Positions 18,286-25,689 of a DNA stretch of 32,000 nt are shown piece by piece. The notes beneath the pieces are model-generated. The model saw only the letters and a list, made by a program, of their open reading frames with translations, was not told the DNA's origin and did no database searches. Positions within the stretch are counted from its first letter, which is position 1. Every line of letters starts with the position of its first letter. Made by a program: the position numbers and the translations under genes. The stretch lies in assembly GCA_900234795.1 (NCBI GenBank), contig LT962688.1, positions 1,080,001 to 1,112,000 on the forward strand. Direction: 5' to 3'. The stretch is from Methylorubrum extorquens (lineage in GTDB: Bacteria; Pseudomonadota; Alphaproteobacteria; Rhizobiales; Beijerinckiaceae).

Positions 18286-18804
18286 ATGAGCACGAAGGCC
18301 GCCAACACCGCCCTCAAGACCACCGACGCCGCCCCGGAGCTTCAGGGTGCCGCCGGCTCCTACCTCGAGGCGCTGCACCTCGTGGAGCGGCTGCACCGCC
18401 GCCTCCTCGACGTCATCAAGGACGAGTTCGACCGGCGCGGCCGCGAGGACGTCAACAGCGTCCAGGCGCTGCTGCTCTACAACATCGGTGACAAGGAGCT
18501 GACCGCGAGCGAGCTGCGCTCGAAGGGCTACTATCTCGGCTCGAACGTGTCCTACAACGTCAAGAAGCTCGTCGAGGCCGGCTTCCTGCACCACGCCCGC
18601 TCCAAGACCGACCGGCGCTCGGTGCGCATCAGCCTGACGCCGAAGGGTCGCGAAATCCACGACCTGATCCAGGGCCTCTACGACAAGCATGCCCGCACGA
18701 TCCAGCCGATCGGCGGCATCTCCGAGGACGATTTCGGCCGCCTCAACCAGGCGCTCTCCCGCCTGGAGCGCTTCTGGACCGACCAGATCCGCTACCGTCT
18801 CTGA
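18286..18804 (+). CDS. MarR-family winged-helix transcriptional regulator (possibly LdtR-like, from memory)
   Basis: 172 aa reading LHLVERLHRRLLDVIKDEFDRRGREDVNSVQALLLYNIGDKELTASELRSKGYYLGSNVSYNVKKLVEAGFLHHARSKTDRRSVRISLTPKG. AGGAAGG SD upstream of the ATG. Confidence 0.85.
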   Translation: MSTKAANTALKTTDAAPELQGAAGSYLEALHLVERLHRRLLDVIKDEFDRRGREDVNSVQALLLYNIGDKELTASELRSKGYYLGSNVSYNVKKLVEAGFLHHARSKTDRRSVRISLTPKGREIHDLIQGLYDKHARTIQPIGGISEDDFGRLNQALSRLERFWTDQIRYRL

Positions 18805-18824
18805 GCGCGGCGCCGGGACATCGA

Positions 18825-18878
18825 AAGCAGGAAGGCCGGAGGGTTCTGTCGCGAACCCTCCGGCCTTCCTGCTTTTCG
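18825..18878. terminator. Strong bidirectional rho-independent terminator (22-bp stem)
   Basis: aagcaggaaggccggagggttc (18825-18846), loop tgtcgc, then gaaccctccggccttcctgctt (18853-18874) followed by tt. T-runs follow the stem on both strands. It sits between the convergent MarR gene and pqqA genes. Confidence 0.8.
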
Positions 18879-18961
18879 CCGCGTCAGAAGCAAACGAAAA
18901 AGGGCGCCGCCCTCTCAGGCCGCGCCCCCGTTCTCACCGGATCGAGTCCGGCGACGCCTTC

Positions 18962-19051
18962 TTAGTTGAAGGTGTCGATCTCAGCGGACTCGTAGGAGGT
19001 GACTTCCATGCCGACACAGATCTCGGCAACGACGGGAGCGGACCACTTCAT
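18962..19051 (-). CDS. pqqA: PQQ precursor peptide PqqA (29 aa), distal copy
   Basis: Translates to MKWSAPVVAEICVGMEVTSYESAEIDTFN with the conserved E-x3-Y (EVTSY) cross-link residues. SD AGGAGA lies 6 nt upstream of the ATG. The copy is hidden inside spurious track ORF 18962-19480. Confidence 0.9.
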   Translation of the reverse strand: MKWSAPVVAEICVGMEVTSYESAEIDTFN

Positions 19052-19113
19052 GACGTTTCTCCTGATAGACAAAATTGGTGAAACCGAACCAGCCTGGGGC
19101 TGGCGACGCCTTC

Positions 19114-19203
19114 TTAGTTGAAGGTGTCGATCTCGGCGGACTCGTAGGAGGTGACTTCCATGCCGACGCAGATCTCGGCAACGATGGGGGCAGACCACTT
19201 CAT
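19114..19203 (-). CDS. pqqA: PQQ precursor peptide PqqA (29 aa), promoter-proximal copy
   Basis: Translates to MKWSAPIVAEICVGMEVTSYESAEIDTFN. SD AGGAGA lies 6 nt upstream. It is followed on the minus strand by a short hairpin (ccagc-cccag-gctgg) and a T-rich tract. Confidence 0.9.
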   Translation of the reverse strand: MKWSAPIVAEICVGMEVTSYESAEIDTFN

Positions 19204-19313
19204 GGCGTGTCTCCTGGTAAAATTTTGAATACGAAGATCGGTCTTCCGACCGGCTCGACCTCGAACTGAGGTGGGCCGCTCGTTCACCGGGTCCCTCGTG
19301 TTCGACGCCCTTG

Positions 19314-19342
19314 ATATAGACAATCCGTTGGGCGCAATTCAA
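19314..19342 (-). promoter_or_regulatory. Candidate sigma70-type promoter for the pqqA pair (TTGAAT-N17-CTATAT)
   Basis: On the minus strand, TTGAAT (19342-19337), a 17-nt spacer, then CTATAT (19319-19314), about 110 nt upstream of the first pqqA ATG. Pattern match only. Confidence 0.35.
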
Positions 19343-19682
19343 GCGGACCCTACACTTATATTTCTCATAGATTGCTCTCAGAAACGCCCAAGCTGACGCC
19401 AAAGAGCGGCATCTTTCTGCCGAATGCGCGGAAAAGTGCTGGTCTTTCAGGGACATGGTGCCGATCGCCGCGATCCACAAGCGCAGCCGGCCGAACGGCG
19501 CGCACGCGCTTTTGCCGGTTTCTCCCAGTCATTTTTATCGGAAGTCCGACGCTCCGGGCAGGGGCCGGCGCGCAAAGGGCCAGCCTCGGCCCGAGCGCCT
19601 GCCGAAGCGCCTGCTCTTGTGATGCCGAGGGCGATGCGGCAAAGCGGGGCCCTCGCGCGCACAAGACCTCAAGAGCCCCGAA

Positions 19683-21143
19683 ATGCACGACATCCGCGCC
19701 ATCCGCGAGAACCCGGAGGCCTTCGACCGCGATCTGGAGCGGCGTGGCCTCGCGCCCCTCAGCGCCGAGCTGATCGCCCTCGACGACGCGCGCAAGGCTG
19801 CGGTCTCGGCCGCACAGGCGGCCCAGGAGCGGCGCAACGCGCTGTCCAAGGAGATCGGCGCCGCCAAGAAGGCCAAGGACGAGGCCCGTGCGACCGAGCT
19901 GATGGCCGAGGTCGCCCGGCTGAAGGAAGAGGCACCGGGCCTCGAAGCCGCGCAGGGGGAGGCAGCCAAGGCCCTCGACGAGCGTCTCGCCGCGATCCCG
20001 AACCGTCCGAAGGACGACGTGCCTCCCGGCGCCGACGAGCACGGCAATGTCGAGTACCGCCGCTTCGATTCCTCCCGTGAGCGCCTGGCGCAGGGCCGCC
20101 AGCATTTCGAGCTCGGCGAGGCCACCGGCCTGATGGATTTCGAGGCGGCCGCGAAACTCTCCGGCTCGCGCTTCGTCGTGCTGAAGGGCCAGCTCGCCCG
20201 GCTGGAGCGGGCGCTCGGCCAGTTCATGCTCGACCTGCACACGGGCGAGCACGGCTATACCGAGGTGGTGCCGCCGGTCCTCGTGCGCGACGAGGCGATG
20301 TTCGGCACGGCACAATTGCCGAAATTCCGCGACGATCAGTTCGCTACTAGTTTCAGCGACAAACAAATTTTAGATCTTTTCGACGGAATGGTTTCCCAAG
20401 CTTACCTTGACGCTGAAAAGATGGCCTCAGAAGATGGGAAGTACCAGATCGAAGGCCTGAAAGAAATATTCGAGCAGCAGCGACCTATTTGGCGAGCACG
20501 ATTTGACTCCGAAAAAGATGCTCAGTTGCGCCGCTGGCTGATCCCCACGGCGGAAGTCCCGCTCACCAACCTCGTGCGCGAAAGCATCCTCGCGGAGGAC
20601 GAGCTTCCCTTGCGCTTCACCGCGCTCACCCCCTGCTTCCGCGCGGAGGCCGGGGCGGCGGGGCGCGACACCCGCGGCATGCTGCGCCAGCACCAGTTCA
20701 ACAAGGTCGAGCTGGTCTCGATCACCGCTCCGGAAAAATCGGCCGAGGAGCACGAGCGGATGCTCGCCTGCGCCGAGGCCGTGCTGCAGAAGCTCGATCT
20801 CACCTATCGCGTCATGACGCTGTGTACCGGTGACATGGGCTTTGCCTCCCAGAAAACCTACGACATCGAGGTCTGGGTGCCGGGCCAACAGACATACCGC
20901 GAGATTTCGTCCTGCTCGGTCTGCGGCGAGTTCCAGGCGCGGCGGATGAATGCGCGCTACCGGGCCAAGGAGGGCAGGGGGGTCGGCTTCGTCCACACCC
21001 TGAACGGCTCGGGCGTCGCGGTCGGCCGCGCGCTGATCGCCGTGATGGAAAACTACCAGAACCCCGACGGCAGCGTCACGATCCCGTCGGCGCTCCAGCC
21101 CTACATGGGCGGCCTCACCCGGATCGAGGGACCGAAGAACTGA
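19683..21143 (+). CDS. serS: Serine--tRNA ligase (SerRS) carrying a ~62-codon insertion
   Basis: N-terminal coiled coil, motif 1 ([11 protein letters not shown]), [11 protein letters not shown], motif 2 ([25 protein letters not shown]) and motif 3 ([17 protein letters not shown]) are all present. At 486 aa it is longer than the ~420-430 aa usual for bacterial SerRS (E. coli is 430). Confidence 0.95.
   Translation: MHDIRAIRENPEAFDRDLERRGLAPLSAELIALDDARKAAVSAAQAAQERRNALSKEIGAAKKAKDEARATELMAEVARLKEEAPGLEAAQGEAAKALDERLAAIPNRPKDDVPPGADEHGNVEYRRFDSSRERLAQGRQHFELGEATGLMDFEAAAKLSGSRFVVLKGQLARLERALGQFMLDLHTGEHGYTEVVPPVLVRDEAMFGTAQLPKFRDDQFATSFSDKQILDLFDGMVSQAYLDAEKMASEDGKYQIEGLKEIFEQQRPIWRARFDSEKDAQLRRWLIPTAEVPLTNLVRESILAEDELPLRFTALTPCFRAEAGAAGRDTRGMLRQHQFNKVELVSITAPEKSAEEHERMLACAEAVLQKLDLTYRVMTLCTGDMGFASQKTYDIEVWVPGQQTYREISSCSVCGEFQARRMNARYRAKEGRGVGFVHTLNGSGVAVGRALIAVMENYQNPDGSVTIPSALQPYMGGLTRIEGPKN
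20342..20527 (+). other. Low-GC, in-frame insertion block within serS (codons ~220-281)
   Basis: Hand count gives 81/180 G+C (45%) over 20341-20520, against 60-72% in adjacent 50-60-nt serS segments. Codons rare for this genome are used (TTA, ATA, AAA, GAA, GAT, CAA, ACT, AGT). TCAGTT occurs at 20336-20341 and 20522-20527, exactly 186 bp apart. Confidence 0.8.
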
Positions 21144-21907
21144 TGCGCATCCTGGTCACCAACGACGACGGCATCCACGCGCCGGGCCTGGAGACGCTGG
21201 AAGGCATCGCCCGCGTGCTCAGCGACGATGTCTGGGTGGTCGCGCCCGAGACCGATCAATCGGGCGTGTCGCACTCGCTCTCGCTCAACGATCCGCTGCG
21301 CCTGCGCCAGATTGGGGAAAAGCGCTTCGCGGTGAAGGGCACGCCCTCGGACTGCATTATCATGGGGGTGGCCCACATCCTCAAGGACCACAAACCCGAC
21401 CTCGTGCTCTCGGGGGTCAACCGCGGCCAGAACGTGGCCGAGGACGTGACCTATTCCGGCACCATCGCCGGGGCGATGGAGGGCACGATCCTCGGCATCC
21501 GCTCGATCGCGCTGAGCCAGGCCTACGGCGCGGGCGGGCGGGCCAACCTGAAATGGGCCTGCGCCGCCACGCATGGGCCGCGGGTGATCGAGAAGATCCT
21601 CGAGATCGGCATCGAGCCCGGCATCCTCGTCAACGTCAACTTCCCCGATTGCGAGCCGGAGGACGTGCAGGGCGTGGCGGTCTCGGCGCAGGGCCAGCGC
21701 AATCAGGCGCTCCTGCAGATCGATGCCCGCCACGACGGGCGCGGCAATCCCTATTTCTGGCTCGCCTTCGCCAAGGCGCGGTTCGAGCCCGGCAACGGCA
21801 CCGATCTCAAGGCGATCGCCGAGAACCGAATCTCGGTGACGCCGCTGCGGCTCGACCTCACCGACGAGCCGGAACTGACCCGCTTCGCCGCGGCGTTCCG
21901 GGCGTGA
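21143..21907 (+). CDS. surE: 5'/3'-nucleotidase SurE
   Basis: [16 protein letters not shown]...VVAPETDQSGVSHSLS...SGVNRGQNVAEDVTYSGTIAGAMEG. The ATG overlaps the serS stop codon (TGATG). Confidence 0.95.
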   Translation: MRILVTNDDGIHAPGLETLEGIARVLSDDVWVVAPETDQSGVSHSLSLNDPLRLRQIGEKRFAVKGTPSDCIIMGVAHILKDHKPDLVLSGVNRGQNVAEDVTYSGTIAGAMEGTILGIRSIALSQAYGAGGRANLKWACAATHGPRVIEKILEIGIEPGILVNVNFPDCEPEDVQGVAVSAQGQRNQALLQIDARHDGRGNPYFWLAFAKARFEPGNGTDLKAIAENRISVTPLRLDLTDEPELTRFAAAFRA

Positions 21908-21931
21908 GCGGGGGCGGCCGTCCGGGCCCTC

Positions 21932-22630
21932 ATGCCGCCTGAGGCCGGAGAGCCCGACGAACGGGCCGAACGGCTGTCCGCGGGGCTGGCGGAGGCGACC
22001 GGCAACGCCGCCTTCGTGCTGGCCCTGCGCGAGCGGGGCGTGCGCGACACCGCCGTGCTGCGGGCGATGGAACAGGTCCCGCGCGAGCGCTTCGCGCCGC
22101 CGGCTCTGCGCCCGCATGCGCGGCGCGACATCGCCCTGCCGCTCGCCTGCGGTCAGACCATGACCGCGCCGAGCGTCGTCGCGCAAATGCTCGGTGCCCT
22201 CGACCTCGCCCCCGGCCAGCGCGTGCTGGAGGTCGGCACCGGCACGGGCTACGTCACCGCCCTGCTGGTGCGGCTCGGGGCCGCTCATGTGCGCAGCCTG
22301 GAGCGCTACGAGGGGCTCGCCCGCGCGGCACGGGCGCATCTGGGGCGCGACCTTTCCGACGTCACCGTCGAGACCAATGACGGGCTCGCGCCCGAAGTCG
22401 TGCGGGGCGGAAGCTACGACCGCATCCTCGTCAACGGCAGCCTCGCCGCGCTGCCACCGCACCTCCCCGCCGCGCTCAAATCCGGCGGCCGGCTGGTGGT
22501 GGGCCATTGGACCGGGCGGGGGAGCCGGCTCGTGACGCTGACCCGCGACAGCGCGGCCGCCTACGCCCGGACGGAGGGGGCGGCCCTGCGCCTCGGCCCT
22601 CTGACGCCGGGGCGTGCGCTGGCGCCGTAG
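21932..22630 (+). CDS. pcm: Protein-L-isoaspartate O-methyltransferase
   Basis: VLRAMEQVPRERF...GQTMTAPSVVAQMLGALDLAPGQRVLEVGTGTGYVTALL contains the SAM-binding motif I. The position after surE is the conserved one. Confidence 0.9.
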   Translation: MPPEAGEPDERAERLSAGLAEATGNAAFVLALRERGVRDTAVLRAMEQVPRERFAPPALRPHARRDIALPLACGQTMTAPSVVAQMLGALDLAPGQRVLEVGTGTGYVTALLVRLGAAHVRSLERYEGLARAARAHLGRDLSDVTVETNDGLAPEVVRGGSYDRILVNGSLAALPPHLPAALKSGGRLVVGHWTGRGSRLVTLTRDSAAAYARTEGAALRLGPLTPGRALAP

Positions 22631-22833
22631 CGGCTCGACGACGGTTCGGCGTGTCCCCGTCAAGCGGAGGTCTCGCCCGCTCGGACTTGCGATCGGCCCC
22701 GTTGCCAGACTCCCTCAACCTTTACGGAACCCGCGTGAATCCGATCCCCGCGACGATCTCGGGAACGGTTGCTTAACCTGAATCCCGTTTGAATAGCTCA
22801 TCACGTTGCGTCAGTGTTTAAGCGGGTGCGTCG

Positions 22834-24189
22834 ATGCGGGTTCGGGGGAAAATACTGGGCTTGAGGACGCTGTCGCGCTTCGCCCTCATCGGTATGATCG
22901 GCGGTGGCACCGCTGCTTGTTCGTCGGACGCCTCGCGTCTCGGCGATCCCTTCACCAACCCGTTCGCGTCGCTGACGGGTGAGCCCTCGGCCACCGGCAG
23001 CCTGCCGAATGACGGCGTCGAGAGTGAGATGGCGCCGGCGCCTGCGATCCGCACGCCGCGCATCCAGTCTCAGGCGCTGCCCGCTCCCGGCCCGGCCCTG
23101 TCGCCGCGCCCCGGCGCGGTCAGCGCCGCCCCGGCCGCGCCCCGGACTGTGACCCGCGTCGCGACGGCCGAGCCGATCTCCGGCGGCATGGCGAGCAACG
23201 TGGCTGGCCTGAACCCCGATGCGGGCCGCGCGATGACGCCGCGTGCCTCCGCCCCGGCGCCGCAGCCCAAGCTCCAGTTCGGCAAGCCCGTCGATAAGGC
23301 GGCTGAGAAAGCGGCTGAGAAGCGCGCCGCCGAAGCCGCTGCCGCGAAGGCGGCCGAGGCCCGCCGCGACGCCGAGCGGCAGGTTGCCGCCGCCAAGGTC
23401 GCCGAGGCCAAGGCGGCCGAAGCCAAGGCCGCGGAAAAGGCGGCGCAGTCGAAGAAGCTCGCCGACGCCAAGGCGGCTGAGGCGAAGAAGGCGGCGGAGG
23501 CGGCCAAGCATCCGCGTCCGGGCCAGAAGGGTGCCGAGAAGGTCGCCAAGGCCGAGCCGAAGGTCGATCCGAAGGATGCGGCCAAGGAGGCGGCGAAGGC
23601 TGAGGCCGCCCGCAAGGCCGAAGCCGACGCCAAGCAGGCCAAGGCGGACGCCGCCAAGAAGCTTGCCGAGGCTCGCGCCGCGGAAACGGCCGCGAAGGCC
23701 GCCGCCAAGGAGAGCAAGGAGGCCGCCAAGGCGTCCGCGAAGGAAGCGGCACCGGCTGCCCCCGTGAAGGTCGCCAGCGCCGACGCCTCCGCCCCGATCC
23801 CGGCTGCCGCCCCGCAGGCCGCGGCCGAGTCGTTCCGCTGGCCGGCCAAGGGCCGCATCATCAATGCCTACGGCTCGTCCGGCAACGAGGGCATCAACAT
23901 CGCCGTGCCCGAGGGTACGCCGGTCAAGGCCGCCGAGGACGGCACCGTGGCTTATGCCGGCTCCGACGTGAAGGGCTACGGCAAGCTGGTGCTGGTGCGG
24001 CACAACAACGGCTACGTCTCGGCCTACGCCCATAACGGCGAGCTGGACGTGCGCCCCGGCGAGAAGGTGAAGCGCGGCCAGACCATCGCCAAGTCGGGCG
24101 CCACCGGCAACGTCACCTCGCCCCAGCTCCACTTCGAGCTGCGCAAGGGCGCGACCCCGGTCGATCCGATGCCCCATCTCGGCGGCTGA
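22834..24189 (+). CDS. M23-family peptidoglycan metalloendopeptidase lipoprotein (NlpD-like)
   Basis: Lipobox GGTAAC. C-terminal M23/LytM domain (GINIAVPEGTPVKAAEDGTVAYAG...LVLVRHNNGYVSAYAHN...GATGNVTSPQLHFELR). A long Ala/Lys/Glu-rich central region is present. The position is the surE-pcm-nlpD one. Confidence 0.85.
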   Translation: MRVRGKILGLRTLSRFALIGMIGGGTAACSSDASRLGDPFTNPFASLTGEPSATGSLPNDGVESEMAPAPAIRTPRIQSQALPAPGPALSPRPGAVSAAPAAPRTVTRVATAEPISGGMASNVAGLNPDAGRAMTPRASAPAPQPKLQFGKPVDKAAEKAAEKRAAEAAAAKAAEARRDAERQVAAAKVAEAKAAEAKAAEKAAQSKKLADAKAAEAKKAAEAAKHPRPGQKGAEKVAKAEPKVDPKDAAKEAAKAEAARKAEADAKQAKADAAKKLAEARAAETAAKAAAKESKEAAKASAKEAAPAAPVKVASADASAPIPAAAPQAAAESFRWPAKGRIINAYGSSGNEGINIAVPEGTPVKAAEDGTVAYAGSDVKGYGKLVLVRHNNGYVSAYAHNGELDVRPGEKVKRGQTIAKSGATGNVTSPQLHFELRKGATPVDPMPHLGG

Positions 24190-24213
24190 TTGTTTCCGAT
24201 CCCCACAGACGAA

Positions 24214-24245
24214 GGGCGGCTCCTCACGGAGCCGCCCTTTTTCGT
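24214..24245 (+). terminator. Rho-independent terminator of the serS-surE-pcm-nlpD cluster
   Basis: gggcggctcc (24214-24223), loop tcac, ggagccgccc (24228-24237), followed by TTTTTCGTTTT. Confidence 0.75.
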
Positions 24246-24268
24246 TTTGGGTCTCGTCAGCGCGGCCG

Positions 24269-24306
24269 GCATGCCCCTCTCCCCGCGTGCGGGGAGAGGG
24301 GCATGC
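24269..24306. repeat. Near-perfect 18-bp-arm palindrome (REP-like / terminator hairpin) after the DUF815 gene
   Basis: gcatgcccctctccccgc-gt-gcggggagaggggcatgc. No T-run follows. It shares the core CTCCCCGCG...GGGGAG with the hairpin at 30305-30331. Confidence 0.5.
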
Positions 24307-24313
24307 GGAAAGA

Positions 24314-25204
24314 CTACCCGTCGAGCCGCTGACCCAACCGCCCGGCGAGATCCTGGATGAACTGGAACGCGGTGCGCCCGGAGCGTGAGCCGCGGGTCGT
24401 GGCCCATTCGAGCGCCTCGGCCCGCACCCGGTCCGGCTCCACATCGAGCGCGTAGCGCTCCACATAGGCGCGGATCATCGCCAGATATTCGTCCTGGCTG
24501 CATTTGTGGAAGCCGAGCCAGAGGCCGAAGCGGTCGGAGAGCGAGACCTTCTCCTCCACCGCCTCACCGGGATTGATCGCGGTGGAGCGCTCGTTCTCGA
24601 CCATCTCGCGGGCCAGCAGGTGGCGCCGGTTCGAGGTGGCGTAGAACAGCACGTTGCCCGGCCGCCCCTCGATGCCGCCGTCGAGCGCGGTCTTGAGCGA
24701 CTTGTAGGAGGTGTCGTCGGCATCGAACGAGAGGTCGTCGCAGAACACCAGCCAGGGGTGCGGGTCGTTCCGGAGCAGGCTCATCAGCTCGGGCAAAGCC
24801 TCGATGTCCTCGCGGTGGATCTCCACGAGCTTCATCGGCCGCGCGCCCTCCGGCCGGCGGGCGTTGATCTCGGCATGGGCCGCCTTGACCAGCGAGGACT
24901 TGCCCATGCCGCGCGCGCCCCAGAGCAGGGCGTTGTTGGCCGGCAATCCACGGGCGAAGCGCTCGGTGTTCTCCACCAGGGTGTCGCGGGCCCGGTCGAT
25001 GCCGGTGAGGAGGCCGATCTCGACGCGGTTGACCCGCGGCACCGGGATCAGCCGCCGCTCGGGCCCCCACAGGAAGGCGTCGGCGGCGCTCGTATCCACC
25101 TTCGGGACGGTGGACGGGGCGGCGCGCTCCAGGGCTGCGGCGATCCGCTCCAGAAGCGGCAGGAGATTCGGAATGGGGTCGGCAGGCGTCGGCTCTGAAG
25201 CCAT
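24314..25204 (-). CDS. DUF815-family AAA-type ATPase
   Basis: 296 aa with a Walker A motif in LLWGARGMGKSSLVKA and the characteristic ...FYATSNRRHL... segment. This is the conserved ATP-binding protein family DUF815. Confidence 0.8.
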   Translation of the reverse strand: MASEPTPADPIPNLLPLLERIAAALERAAPSTVPKVDTSAADAFLWGPERRLIPVPRVNRVEIGLLTGIDRARDTLVENTERFARGLPANNALLWGARGMGKSSLVKAAHAEINARRPEGARPMKLVEIHREDIEALPELMSLLRNDPHPWLVFCDDLSFDADDTSYKSLKTALDGGIEGRPGNVLFYATSNRRHLLAREMVENERSTAINPGEAVEEKVSLSDRFGLWLGFHKCSQDEYLAMIRAYVERYALDVEPDRVRAEALEWATTRGSRSGRTAFQFIQDLAGRLGQRLDG

Positions 25205-25312
25205 GATCTCGGGTCCGGTTGCGGGGGAGGGCGGCCGCCCTCGCTGAGGTGGCGCCTTGTAGGCGAAGGTCGAAAGAAAGGGGAACCGCGGTGGCGGCGG
25301 CCCGGATGCATC

Positions 25313-25335
25313 CCAGGGCTTCGCCCTGGTTTTAC
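25313..25335 (+). terminator. Orphan terminator-like hairpin in the DUF815/yajC intergenic region
   Basis: ccaggg (25313-25318), loop cttcg, ccctgg (25324-25329), followed by TTTTACT. No plus-strand gene lies upstream of it. Confidence 0.35.
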
Positions 25336-25570
25336 TACGGCCTCAAGCGCCGGCGGCCGCCTCCGCGGCCTCAGGCTGTCGCTCCGCTCGATGCTGTCCG
25401 GGGCTCACGCCCCGAAAAGCCCGCTCCGCGCGGCGCTCTTCGCGCCGCGAAGCCGCCCGAGCGGCTTCGAAGCGATTGCCCTGCGGATGCATCACCCGCC
25501 GTTGCTTTCGAATCGCCCGTCGCTATAGTCCGCGCGCTTTCCGGCAGGTCAGATCTGGCCCGCCGGTCCT

Positions 25571-25633
25571 GGCAAGTCTCTTTTTGGCAAGTCGCTTTCG
25601 GCAAGCCGGTTTTGACAAGCCCGTCGTCGCAAG
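25571..25633 (+). repeat. Array of 4-5 direct GGCAAG-type repeats with 14-15-bp period upstream of yajC
   Basis: GGCAAG at 25571, 25586 and 25600, GACAAG at 25614, and GCAAG at 25629. Units read ggcaagtctcttttt / ggcaagtcgctttc / ggcaagccggtttt / gacaagcccgtcgtc / gcaagg. Confidence 0.6.
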
Positions 25634-25689
25634 GCACCGGTCCCGCCGGGCCTCACGGGCCGTCTGCCCTCGATCAGGAGTTTCTCGCG

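Larger units (their letters stand above)
18950..19225 (-). repeat. Tandem duplication (period 152 bp) of a ~125-bp pqqA unit (SD + CDS + downstream sequence)
   Basis: 18950-19075 and 19102-19225 align almost base for base, with ggcgacgccttcttagttgaagg starting both units. There are 5 differences within the 90-nt CDS. Confidence 0.9.

Noticed and set aside
18962-19480. 172-aa ORF spanning both pqqA copies, plus plus-strand ORFs 18689-19081 and 19075-19269.
   Set aside because: The long ORF is read-through of intergenic DNA that ends in the distal pqqA frame (the proximal copy lies in a different frame, ORF 19114-19323). Only the two 29-aa terminal segments have SD sequences and a conserved peptide. 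The plus-strand ORFs are antisense artefacts.
20346-20470. Cluster of A-N4-T hexamer palindromes (restriction sites) in the serS insert: ACTAGT 20346, AGATCT 20372, AAGCTT 20398 (26-bp spacing), AGGCCT 20453, AATATT 20465. This could hint at an engineered cassette.
   Set aside because: About 3 hexamer palindromes are expected by chance in 186 bp and 5 were seen, so there is no significant excess. No vector-like or linker sequence was recognised. It is kept only as a caveat in the serS finding.
20342-20527. Intein, self-splicing intron or translational-bypass explanation for the serS insert.
   Set aside because: It is too short for an intein and lacks the N-terminal Cys/Ser and C-terminal His-Asn plus nucleophile. 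It is too short for the group I or II introns I know. It is open in frame, so simple translation is the most economical reading.
25570-25605. Possible sigma54 promoter (TGGCA-type) within the GGCAAG repeats, and a TTGACA -35 at 25612-25617.
   Set aside because: No GC element occurs at the required 12-nt offset from any GG. No acceptable -10 lies 16-18 nt after TTGACA.
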